Below, in pieces: positions 48,763 to 57,642 of a stretch of DNA of 64,000 nucleotides. Both the position numbers and the translations under genes were made by a program. The stretch covers positions 48,658 through 112,657 of IMG/VR virus record IMGVR_UViG_3300032245_000936; one strand, 5' to 3'. Position 1 is the first letter of the stretch. Each line of letters begins with the position of its first letter. The notes under the pieces were generated by a model, which searched no databases, was not told the origin of the DNA, and saw only the letters and a list, made by a program, of their open reading frames with translations. This DNA comes from a virus.

Positions 48763-50531
48763 TGTTTGTAATCAAAGATCTTACCTGTAAGAACTTCATG
48801 AGTGTGGGTAATTCCACACAAGCGGTACGGTTCAATCGCAATGACCTTACACTGGTACTGGGACAGAATCTAGACCTTGGTGGCGACGACACAGGCGCAC
48901 GTAATGGCACTGGTAAAACTACAATTATCAATGCCTTGAGCTATGCACTCTATGGAGAAGCACTGACCAAGATCCGCAAGGAGAACTTGATCAACAAGAC
49001 CAATGGCAAAGCCATGATGGTTACCATTGAGTTTGACAAAGACGGAACAAGCTACAAGATTGAACGTGGGCGTAAACCCAACACACTGAAATTCTTTGTA
49101 GGTGATATTGAACAAGAAGTCAAAGATGAAGCACAAGGCGACAGCAGAGAAACACAAGTAGCCATTGAAGCATTGTTGGGCATGAGCCATGAGATGTTCA
49201 AGCACATTGTGGCACTGAACACCTATACAGAACCTTTCCTTAGTCTCAAGGCAGCAGAGCAACGTGTGATGATTGAGCAGTTGCTGGGTGTCACACAGCT
49301 ATCAGAAAAAGCTGAAACACTCAAAGAGCAAATGAAGGCTACCAAGGATGGTATTACCAAAGAGGAATATCGCATCAAGGCAGTGCAGGATGCCAACAAA
49401 CGCATGGAAGAGCAGGTTGCAAATATCAAGCGCAGACAGAACATGTGGCAATCCAAGAAGCAAGAAGAACTGGACAAGCTGGCGCTGGCCTATGATGAAT
49501 TGGGCAAGATTGATATCGAAGCCGAGTTGTTGTCACACCAGGATCTAGCCAAGCACACACAGTTGGTTAAAGATCGTGCGGACATACAAAAACTAGTTGC
49601 TCGTTGTGAATTAGATGAAGCAAAAGAAAACAAAGCGATAGACAAGCTCAAAGCAGAAATTGCACAGCTAGAAGATCACAAATGCTATGCTTGTGGGCAG
49701 GAAATGCACGATGAAAAACACGGGCAGGTGCTTGCAGATAAACAAAAAGCTCTGCAGGAGGCTGCACTACAAGCATTGAGTACTAATACTCAATGGATGG
49801 AACTTACTGATGCTCTTGCAGAGCTAGGCGAGCCCGGACCCGCTCCTACTACATTCTATGAGCGTGAAGCTGATGCGTTTGAGCATCGTGCTAGCTTGGG
49901 CAATATTCTAAGCCAGATCACTGCAAAAGAAGAAGAAGCAGATCCATATGCAGAACAAATTGCAGAAATGGAAACTAGAGCAGTAGAAGAAATTGACTAC
50001 GATGAAATGAATCGTTTAACCACACTGCTAGATCATCAGGATTTCCTGCATAAACTGTTAACCAGCAAGGATAGTTTTGTGCGTAAACGCATCATTGACC
50101 AGAACTTAACCTATCTAAATCAGCGTCTAAGCTACTATTTGGACAAGATTGGATTACCGCACACAGTGATATTTCAGAACGATCTAACGGTGAATATTAC
50201 AGAGCTGGGCCGCGAGTTAGACTTTGATAATCTCAGTAGAGGCGAGCGAAATAGACTGATTTTAAGCCTGAGTTGGGCGTTTAGAGACGTATATGAGAGC
50301 CTGTATCAGCCTATAAATCTGCTGTTTATCGACGAAGTAGTAGACTCGGGTATGGATGCTAGCGGTGTAGACAATGCACTGGGCATACTTAAAAAGATGG
50401 CTAGAGACCGTAACAAGAGTGTTTGGCTTGTATCCCACAAGGACGAGCTGAGCAGTCGAGTAAACAATATCCTAACTGTGACCAAAGAAGGTGGATTCAC
50501 TAGTTACAGTTCGGATACAGAATTAGTATAA
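48762..50531 (+). CDS. gp46: Recombination ATPase subunit (Rad50/SbcC-like)
   Basis: KNFMSVGN, Walker A NGTGKTT, coiled coil with CYAC hook, LSRGE signature, IDEVVD, VSH. Confidence 0.93.
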   Translation: MFVIKDLTCKNFMSVGNSTQAVRFNRNDLTLVLGQNLDLGGDDTGARNGTGKTTIINALSYALYGEALTKIRKENLINKTNGKAMMVTIEFDKDGTSYKIERGRKPNTLKFFVGDIEQEVKDEAQGDSRETQVAIEALLGMSHEMFKHIVALNTYTEPFLSLKAAEQRVMIEQLLGVTQLSEKAETLKEQMKATKDGITKEEYRIKAVQDANKRMEEQVANIKRRQNMWQSKKQEELDKLALAYDELGKIDIEAELLSHQDLAKHTQLVKDRADIQKLVARCELDEAKENKAIDKLKAEIAQLEDHKCYACGQEMHDEKHGQVLADKQKALQEAALQALSTNTQWMELTDALAELGEPGPAPTTFYEREADAFEHRASLGNILSQITAKEEEADPYAEQIAEMETRAVEEIDYDEMNRLTTLLDHQDFLHKLLTSKDSFVRKRIIDQNLTYLNQRLSYYLDKIGLPHTVIFQNDLTVNITELGRELDFDNLSRGERNRLILSLSWAFRDVYESLYQPINLLFIDEVVDSGMDASGVDNALGILKKMARDRNKSVWLVSHKDELSSRVNNILTVTKEGGFTSYSSDTELV

Positions 50532-50573
50532 TTTTTATCATGGCACACAAAGAGATAATTATGTTTGCAGATC

Positions 50574-51002
50574 ATGACATGGACTTATCAAGGAAACCCA
50601 GTTGAAGAATTGCCCGACGACTGTGTGGGGTTTGTCTACATGATTACAAACACAATCTCTGGAAGAAAATACATAGGCAAAAAACTAGCAAAATTTTCAA
50701 AAACAACTACCAAAACGGTAAAACTTAAAAACGGCACCAAAAAGAAAAAGAAAATCCGCTCCAAGATTGACAGTGATTGGCGCACATATTATGGCTCAAG
50801 CCCAGAACTAACCAAAGATGTTGTAGCACTAGGCTCAGAAAACTTTTCCAGAGAAATCCTCTTTATTTGCAAATCAAAGGCAGAATGTAGTTACATTGAA
50901 GCTCGAGAACAATTCACACATAGAGTACTAGAATCAGCAGATTACTATAACGGACACATACAAGTCCGTGTACATGGCTCCCACATAATCAACAAACTCT
51001 GA
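50574..51002 (+). CDS. Small GIY-YIG-like nuclease-fold protein with a poly-Lys insertion
   Basis: GFVY..TN..SGRKYIG, SDWRTYYGSS, F.REIL, EAREQF, YYN. Confidence 0.75.
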   Translation: MTWTYQGNPVEELPDDCVGFVYMITNTISGRKYIGKKLAKFSKTTTKTVKLKNGTKKKKKIRSKIDSDWRTYYGSSPELTKDVVALGSENFSREILFICKSKAECSYIEAREQFTHRVLESADYYNGHIQVRVHGSHIINKL

Positions 51003-51471
51003 CACCCAGTCAAGCAATCAAAACAGTAAAGGCTAGCACAGGCCAAGCTCGTGTGCTCTATACCTGGACCTCGGGTCACAGGGACGGAATCCTCTGCGCT
51101 GTACAGAGTACTCAATCACTATCCTTGACAGGACGAAGATCACTAATTGCCGTGGTTTGATTGTTTGAATAGGTGTTAAAGGCTAAAAAGACGCTCTAGC
51201 GATAGAGCACGATTAGTAGATATGTTAGCGTATGTTTACTATTCCGCCGTTGTTATAAAGACACAACTCGAGGTACCGGACAACCGCCTCTGTAATGTTG
51301 TAACGCTAATGTGGCTGTGCTACTCAGATGAAGTACATTCATTTTCTTTGCCCTGTGCGGGCAAAGTGTGACCGCTTAATCTAGATGATATACTTTCGCG
51401 CTTCGCGCATCGATTATAATTAAAAAAATATTGCTGAGCGGTAGCGAAGCAATAGATCTCGTTAGAGATCT
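51000..51471 (+). ncRNA. Candidate large structured non-coding RNA
   Basis: About 12 hairpins/stems in a gap with no plausible plus-strand ORF, including a long-range 13-bp stem (51010-51022/51156-51168), a GCGA tetraloop and G-U pairs on the plus strand. Confidence 0.6.
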
Positions 51472-51707
51472 TAAAAGAATGGCATACCTGATTTCTTCGT
51501 TGCTTCCATATTGTCTTTGATAATATCAGCAATGATTTCTTTTTCTATTTTGCTTAATGCCATTGCGTCTTCGTAGGATAAGCCTCCACGCATCCACCAC
51601 GTGAATCTGAGGGCTTCTTCTTTTATGGCTCTTACCTCTTTTTCGTAGCCCGTGACTAGAGCTTCGATGCCTTCATTGTCTAATGCTAAGAGCCGTTGCC
51701 GAAAAAA
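51471..51707 (-). CDS. gp51-like/tail chaperone extension expressed by a -1 frameshift from the gp26-like gene
   Basis: The -1 frame after T TTT TTC reads RQRLLALDNEGIEALV...WWMRGGLSYEDAMALS...SGMPFF*; no start codon at its 5' end. Confidence 0.75.
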   Translation of the reverse strand, partial: FFRQRLLALDNEGIEALVTGYEKEVRAIKEEALRFTWWMRGGLSYEDAMALSKIEKEIIADIIKDNMEATKKSGMPFF

Positions 51708-52576
51708 TTTGTATAGTCAAACACCACATTCATGTCGATGCCTTTTCCACATTCAGGGTTTTGACACTTGACAGGCTGTGATGGTACCTTGCCTGCTTCA
51801 GCTACTTCAGCTAATCGTTCTTGAATCTCAGACACTATCTTGCCGCCGGCGTTTTTATAAAACTCAACAATGAATTCTTTGTCGGCTACTTGTAGATTAA
51901 GATCATCTACAGGAGCAATCCATTCTGTGCATTCTGCTAGTATCTCTAGATTTAGATCCAACAGTCGATTCATTTGTGCAGTCACATGATCACTCTTTTC
52001 GTCACTGGACTGCATGGAGTCAATGTACTGTCCTAGTTTCTGCACTTCGAAGTTGATCTTGTTTGCACGGTTCTGTCCAAAGTATGCTTGAGGACGGAAC
52101 TGAATCAGGAACTGTGTGGTTTGATACGCATGTTCGTAGTCAGGACAGGAAATTTTGTCTAGCATGGCACGTAGATCCATGCTAAAGGTATTGTCCTCAC
52201 CGCAGTGCGGGCACTTGCTTTCAAAATCCATCATGTGACCGTAGCTGGCAATGCGTATGGCAATCAATGTGGTATCCACATCCACCGCTGGCATTTTCCA
52301 GGCGTCTTTGATATTTGGGCAACAGCTCTGAATTACTTCTACCATGCCCTGTCCGTTGATCAGCGCATCTGGGGTACGAATAATAACTTCATCCTTGCTG
52401 GTCATTGGGTACACTGGTAACTCACCGGTGGCTGGTATATCCAAACTGCCTTCTGCCCACCACTTGCCCTGGCTAGGCAGCGCCATGTAAATTGCAGGCT
52501 GGCGAAAGTACTTGGATAGCGGATTTCCTGATGGATTTCCGGGAGGTGTTAGTTGTGGCATTGGTTCTGTGCCCAT
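51686..52576 (-). CDS. gp26: Baseplate hub assembly/tail chaperone, T4 gp26-like
   Basis: LPS.G...PMT.KDE..., DVDTTLIAIRIASYG, CPHC and CQNPEC zinc motifs, ends in NFF. Confidence 0.8.
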   Translation of the reverse strand: MGTEPMPQLTPPGNPSGNPLSKYFRQPAIYMALPSQGKWWAEGSLDIPATGELPVYPMTSKDEVIIRTPDALINGQGMVEVIQSCCPNIKDAWKMPAVDVDTTLIAIRIASYGHMMDFESKCPHCGEDNTFSMDLRAMLDKISCPDYEHAYQTTQFLIQFRPQAYFGQNRANKINFEVQKLGQYIDSMQSSDEKSDHVTAQMNRLLDLNLEILAECTEWIAPVDDLNLQVADKEFIVEFYKNAGGKIVSEIQERLAEVAEAGKVPSQPVKCQNPECGKGIDMNVVFDYTNFFGNGS

Positions 52577-52585
52577 ATTTTGATT

Positions 52586-52622
52586 CCTATAAATAGTTGA
52601 TATACGAGTATATATTTATAGG
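52586..52622. promoter_or_regulatory. Face-to-face pair of T4-type late promoters
   Basis: TATAAATA at 52588-52595 (+) and 52613-52620 (-), inside the inverted repeat CCTATAAATA/TATTTATAGG. Confidence 0.75.
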
Positions 52623-52633
52623 CACTTGACCCA

Positions 52634-55549
52634 ATGGATGAGAAACAATTAGAACGGATGTTTGAACGCTTTTTTGGTCGCGGTGGTGCGGGTAATTCTG
52701 CACCAAGAGGCCCAGCTGGTGGAGCAGATCCTGCAGAAACAGCCATGCGTACAGCCAAGCAGTTTGATCAACTGCGCGACACTGTAAACAAATCAAACGA
52801 AGCCCAGAAAAAACTGTCCATTAGCAGTGGCATGCTAGCGGCTGCTTTTGGCAAACAAAGCCAAAAAAATCAAGAGAACATGAATGATCTAGAAGATGCG
52901 TATCGCAATCTAGAACATGCAATCAAAGACCAAGACGCAGCCTTCACTGACAGTCAACGTGCAGAGCTCAAGCGTGAGCGAGATAGAATTAAGTCTGAAA
53001 TAGACAGACAAAATGCAATCAGTACAGGGCAACAGGCCACACTGGGTGCAATGAAAGAGTTCAGTCAAGGACTGGTTAGTACACTAGCCAGTACAGTTGC
53101 TAGCATAGCTCAAACAATTCAAGGTGGCGGATCGGGCTTTGCAATTGGCGCCCAGGTAATGAATGCCCAGATTGATGTAACCAATCAAGCGAACCAAGCC
53201 ATGGCAGGTGTTGCAGGGCAAGTGGGCGGAACACTAATGAACAGCACCAACAAAGGTGCTAAGTTAGCCGGTGGTGCAATGATGGCTGCTGGTGCTGCCG
53301 CTAGTATGGCAAGCAACGCATTGTCAACACTGGCCAAAGCTGGTGTGGCTATTATGATGGCCGAAGGTGAGAAAGTAATCAACACCTACAAGAGCATGGC
53401 TGAGTCTGGTGTAGTGTTTGGTAACGGCATTAGAGACATGCAGGCTGCAACGTCAGGTACAAAACTACGCCTTGAAGACATGGCAGAAGTAGTAGGCAAT
53501 AATAAAGATGCTTTTGCCAAGTCAGGTTTGGGCATGGCAGAAGCCACTAGACGTGTTGGTGGAATTGCCAAGGCTATGACAGCCAGTGGTATGGATAAAG
53601 AACTGTTGGCCTTAGGATACAGCTACAAAGATCAAGCGGCACTGGCAGCACAGGTATTTGCAGACATGCGTCAAAGTCGCGGCGGGCAAAATGTAACCAA
53701 TGCTCAGGCAGCTGAAGCAACCAAGAAGTATGCTGAGAACCTAACACTGATTGCGGCAATCACTGGCGAAGACATCAAAGCCAAGCAAGCCAAGATACAA
53801 GAAGAAAATGCCAACCAGGCCATGGAAGCCAAATTGGCTGCAATGGATCCGGCTAAACGCAAACAATTTGAAGCCGCACTGAACTCCATGGACGGTCCAA
53901 CTCGTGCGGCAGCTCGTGACATGTTGATCTTTGGCACTGTGCGAAATAAAGAAGCCGCACAGCTAATGGCATCAAACAGCGGATTTAGAAAGAACGTTGA
54001 ACAAATCTCAGGAGCAATGAGAGATGGGTCACTTGATACACAAAAGTCATTGGCTATTCAAAAATCTAACTCTAAAGAATTGATTGCACAGCAACGAGAG
54101 CAAGCAGATAGTGTAGGAGCCGCGGCTTATGCAGGTGCCGAAGGTGCCCAGGGCCTAAGCAAAGCAGGCTACGAAGCCACAGAAATGGCCAAGAGAATGC
54201 AGGATGCAGATCCTGCAAAAATTCTTAAGGAACAACAAGAAGCTGAGGAAAAAGCGCGAAATGCCAAAGGTGGTGACAAAGATCCAACAGCGGCTATGTT
54301 TACTGCAATTGAGCAAGGTGCAACTCTCGCTAAGAGTCTGCAGGACAAAGTCATTGACAGTTTGCATGTATTGCCTGGCAAAATGGCCGAGTACTATGCA
54401 CAAATTGACAAGATGCTTGCAGAAATGAGTAGTGGCGGTCAGAAGCAACTGGGACTCATGGAAAAGATCATGGAGATGTTGCCACTGGTAATTGGTGTTA
54501 TACAACTACTGGCAACTCTCAAAGGTATGAAGATACCGGGCATGGGCGGAGGCAAAACTCCTACTATTGTAGAAGCAGAAGCCAAGGCAGCTAAGAATGC
54601 AAGCAAAACAGCAGTTGACGCAGAGAAGACGGTGGCCAAAGAAGTGGCCAAAGATGCGGCAAAAGCATCAACCCTTGCGGCGGAAGCTACTCCAGCAGCC
54701 AACGGAATCAAATCAGCTGGTAAACGATTCCTTAAAGGAGTTCCAATAGTAGGAACTGCATTAACACTAGGGCTAGGTGCTACCAGTGTATATGGCGCAC
54801 AAACAGATGCAACAAAAACACAGCAACAAAAAAATGCTGCCACTGGTGAAGTAGTGGGAGATGTAGCTGGTGGTGCTCTTGGTGGATGGGGTGGAGCCGC
54901 AGCCGGTGCCGCAATCGGCACAATGATATTCCCAGGCGTGGGCACTGCTATTGGTGGATTGATTGGTGGCATTGCAGGTGGTATGGGCGGTGGTGCTCTT
55001 GGTGGAATGGTTGGCGATAAACTTGGTGGATTGTTTGGTGGTGATACCAAAGTAAAAACTGATGCAGTACCTGCAATGCCAAAACCGGATCCTAAGATAG
55101 CCAATGACTGGGCATGGAGTGTGTTCTCTGGAAAGAATAGACCTGGTGATGTACCAGCACCATACAGAGACATGGTTAGTAAGATACTTGCGGCACCACC
55201 TGCACACTGGGCCAAAGCGGCAGCTACTACCACAGCCTCTACTGTTAGCAGTGTTAGAAGCACTGTGGACAACATGAGTGCCTCTTCACTGAACACTAGT
55301 ACCGTTGCAAATAGTTTGTCTGCACAGCAAGCAGCCAATAATACATCGTCGCAGACTGGTACAGCAACCGGTAAACTGGTAAAGAAATCCGCAGAAGACC
55401 TATTAGAAGAACAAAATAGGATCATGGCTGAACAGAACAAACTGTTACGTGACCAGCACAAATTGATGTCTGTGAAGTTTGACCAAATGATTAACCATAA
55501 TCAGGATCTAAGCGACACAGCTAGAAAACAACTAAGAGCGTCTGCGTAA
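52634..55549 (+). CDS. Tape-measure-like protein
   Basis: Long Ala/Gln/Lys/Met-rich helical ORF with a hydrophobic segment and a glycine zipper; next to the frameshifted chaperone. Confidence 0.75.
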   Translation: MDEKQLERMFERFFGRGGAGNSAPRGPAGGADPAETAMRTAKQFDQLRDTVNKSNEAQKKLSISSGMLAAAFGKQSQKNQENMNDLEDAYRNLEHAIKDQDAAFTDSQRAELKRERDRIKSEIDRQNAISTGQQATLGAMKEFSQGLVSTLASTVASIAQTIQGGGSGFAIGAQVMNAQIDVTNQANQAMAGVAGQVGGTLMNSTNKGAKLAGGAMMAAGAAASMASNALSTLAKAGVAIMMAEGEKVINTYKSMAESGVVFGNGIRDMQAATSGTKLRLEDMAEVVGNNKDAFAKSGLGMAEATRRVGGIAKAMTASGMDKELLALGYSYKDQAALAAQVFADMRQSRGGQNVTNAQAAEATKKYAENLTLIAAITGEDIKAKQAKIQEENANQAMEAKLAAMDPAKRKQFEAALNSMDGPTRAAARDMLIFGTVRNKEAAQLMASNSGFRKNVEQISGAMRDGSLDTQKSLAIQKSNSKELIAQQREQADSVGAAAYAGAEGAQGLSKAGYEATEMAKRMQDADPAKILKEQQEAEEKARNAKGGDKDPTAAMFTAIEQGATLAKSLQDKVIDSLHVLPGKMAEYYAQIDKMLAEMSSGGQKQLGLMEKIMEMLPLVIGVIQLLATLKGMKIPGMGGGKTPTIVEAEAKAAKNASKTAVDAEKTVAKEVAKDAAKASTLAAEATPAANGIKSAGKRFLKGVPIVGTALTLGLGATSVYGAQTDATKTQQQKNAATGEVVGDVAGGALGGWGGAAAGAAIGTMIFPGVGTAIGGLIGGIAGGMGGGALGGMVGDKLGGLFGGDTKVKTDAVPAMPKPDPKIANDWAWSVFSGKNRPGDVPAPYRDMVSKILAAPPAHWAKAAATTTASTVSSVRSTVDNMSASSLNTSTVANSLSAQQAANNTSSQTGTATGKLVKKSAEDLLEEQNRIMAEQNKLLRDQHKLMSVKFDQMINHNQDLSDTARKQLRASA

Positions 55550-55583
55550 GTTAAATACATAATCGCAGAGAGGCCCAAATACA

Positions 55584-57287
55584 ATGAGTTGGAAAAAATA
55601 TTTTAAAGGTGCAAATCTTCCCCAGAATGCCAGTGTAATTGGCGGAAGGATGCCTGACCCTGGTTTTCGTAACTATCAAAGCCAACTACCAGAAGTGTAC
55701 ATTGGGCACCCAAATCGTGTTGAACGTTATAATCAATACGAGCAAATGGACATGGACAGCGAAGTAAATGCTGCCTTGGACATTATTGCAGAGTTTTCAA
55801 CTCAAACAGACAAAGACAGTAACCTGCCGTTTAACATACACTACAACAGCAACCCAACTGACAATGAGATCAAAATCATTCAAGAACAGTTGGAGCAATG
55901 GTGTAAGCTCAACGATTTTAATCGTCGTATCTTCAAGATCTTCCGTAATACGTTAAAGTACGGAGACCAAATTTTTATTCGTGATCCAGAAACTTTTAAA
56001 ATTTTCTGGGTTGAAATGTACAAAGTAGTAAAGGTTATTGTTAATGAAGCTGAAGGCAAAGAGCCAGAGCAATACATTATCAAAGACATTAACATCAACT
56101 TCAAGAACCTTACTGCTACCGCTATTGCGGCATCAGACACATATATAAATCACCCACAGGTAGGCGGACCCAGCGGTAGCTATGTACAACCTGCCACACC
56201 TTACAGTGGCGGAACACGCTTTAGCCATGCTCAAAACGAAGCGGCTATCAACGCAGAACACGTTGTACACATGAGTTTAACAGAGGGATTGGACGCATAT
56301 TGGCCCTTTGGCAACAGTGTATTAGAGAACGTTTTCAAGGTGTTTAAGCAAAAAGAACTGCTTGAAGATGCTATTATTATCTACAGAATTCAACGTGCTC
56401 CAGAGCGCAGAATCTTTAAAATTGACGTGGGCAACATGCCTAGTCACATGGCAATGGCGTTTGTAGACCGTATTAAGAACGAAATTCATCAGCGTAGAAT
56501 CCCCACACAATCAGGCGGTGGTACTAACATGATGGATGCAACATACAATCCACTTAGCACCAACGAAGACTTCTTTTTCCCTGTAACAGCAGATGGTCGT
56601 GGATCTAGTGTTGAAACTCTAGCAGGCGGTAGCAACCTAGGTGAAATCACCGACCTACACTTCTTTACTAACAAGCTGTTCCGTGGACTACGAATTCCAA
56701 GCAGTTACTTGCCTACCGGAATTGATGATGGGGCTCAAGGCAGCTTCACTGACGGTAAAGTAGGCACAGCATTGATACAAGAATGGCGTTTTAATCAATA
56801 CTGTGTGCGTTTGCAAAAAGCCATATCTGAAAAACTAGACAAAGAGTTCAAGTTATTCATGAAGTGGCGCGGTGTAAACATTGATAGTCAACTGTTTGAT
56901 TTAATATTCCACGAGCCTCAAAACTTTGCCGCATATCGTCAAGCTGAAATTGACACAGCTAAAATTGCTACATTCACACAGTTAGAGCAGTTTCCTTACA
57001 TGAGCAAGCGTTTCTTGATGACACGTTATCTAGGACTAACAGAAGCTGAAATGGCAGAAAACGAGCGTATGTGGGCTGAAGAACAAGGTGATGTAGGTGC
57101 CGCACCTGCAGACCCAGCAGGACTGCGTAGTGTTGGTGTTAGTGCAGGTGGCATACAAAGTGACATGGATGCAGTAGCTCCTGAGGCAGGAGCTGAAGCG
57201 GGTGCAGAAGATGCTGGAGCAATGGCAGGTGCCGCACCTGCACCTGAGGCTGGCATGCCGGCGGCACCGGCTGCACCAGGCATTTAA
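55584..57287 (+). CDS. gp20: Portal vertex protein
   Basis: LEDAIIIYRIQRAPERRIFKIDVGNMP, EDFFFP, LFRGLRIPSSYL. Confidence 0.95.
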   Translation: MSWKKYFKGANLPQNASVIGGRMPDPGFRNYQSQLPEVYIGHPNRVERYNQYEQMDMDSEVNAALDIIAEFSTQTDKDSNLPFNIHYNSNPTDNEIKIIQEQLEQWCKLNDFNRRIFKIFRNTLKYGDQIFIRDPETFKIFWVEMYKVVKVIVNEAEGKEPEQYIIKDININFKNLTATAIAASDTYINHPQVGGPSGSYVQPATPYSGGTRFSHAQNEAAINAEHVVHMSLTEGLDAYWPFGNSVLENVFKVFKQKELLEDAIIIYRIQRAPERRIFKIDVGNMPSHMAMAFVDRIKNEIHQRRIPTQSGGGTNMMDATYNPLSTNEDFFFPVTADGRGSSVETLAGGSNLGEITDLHFFTNKLFRGLRIPSSYLPTGIDDGAQGSFTDGKVGTALIQEWRFNQYCVRLQKAISEKLDKEFKLFMKWRGVNIDSQLFDLIFHEPQNFAAYRQAEIDTAKIATFTQLEQFPYMSKRFLMTRYLGLTEAEMAENERMWAEEQGDVGAAPADPAGLRSVGVSAGGIQSDMDAVAPEAGAEAGAEDAGAMAGAAPAPEAGMPAAPAAPGI

Positions 57288-57310
57288 TCATTTTGGGTAA
57301 ATAAAGTATC

Positions 57311-57550
57311 ATGAATGTATTTGAACTGTTTGACCCTACCTCTGATGGTTATCGCACTGAAAAGGACGATAACACACCTCTCAAACTAAAAGACCTACGT
57401 AAAACACGTTTGAGTCTAGAACAAATTAACCGTATGCGTAAAATGAACGATGTTCGTAAGGTAGAGCACGAACAAAAGTTAGAAAAAGTTTCAAAGCAAT
57501 ACAAAGCGGCAGCAGATGATGCAGGTGCTGCCGGCGGCGCAACACTGTAA
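57311..57550 (+). CDS. Small prohead-associated hypothetical protein
   Basis: ORF after the portal gene, preceded by a GTAAATA late promoter. Confidence 0.7.
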   Translation: MNVFELFDPTSDGYRTEKDDNTPLKLKDLRKTRLSLEQINRMRKMNDVRKVEHEQKLEKVSKQYKAAADDAGAAGGATL

Positions 57551-57567
57551 AATTAACAAAAACCTTC

Positions 57568-57597
57568 AAAAAACACCGATATTACCGGTGTTTTTTT
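57568..57597 (+). terminator. Intrinsic (possibly bidirectional) terminator
   Basis: AAAAAACACCG-loop-CGGTGTTTTTTT. Confidence 0.75.
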
Positions 57598-57642
57598 ACT
57601 TCTATGTAAATAGAATTACAAGCCATATTATAAGGAGTTCTC

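Noticed and set aside
51323-51395. Hammerhead ribozyme or box C/D motif suggested by two AGATGA copies
   Set aside because: No exact CUGAUGA and no correctly placed GAAA or CUGA partner.
50574-51471. Group I intron carrying a GIY-YIG homing endonuclease
   Set aside because: gp46 upstream looks complete, the next gene is on the opposite strand so there is no 3' exon, and I could not find P7/R-S core sequences.
51320-51532. 70-aa minus-strand ORF in the track
   Set aside because: Overlaps the gp51-like frame out of frame and runs antisense through the hairpin region; no RBS or recognisable motif.
54439-55461. 340-aa antisense ORF
   Set aside because: Shadow of the Gly/Ala-rich tape-measure codons; no start signals.
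57094-57245. Repeated palindromic AGGTGCCGCACCTGCA in the portal 3' end
   Set aside because: Explained by repeated Gly-Ala-Ala-Pro-Ala codons in a low-complexity tail; not a CRISPR or REP array.
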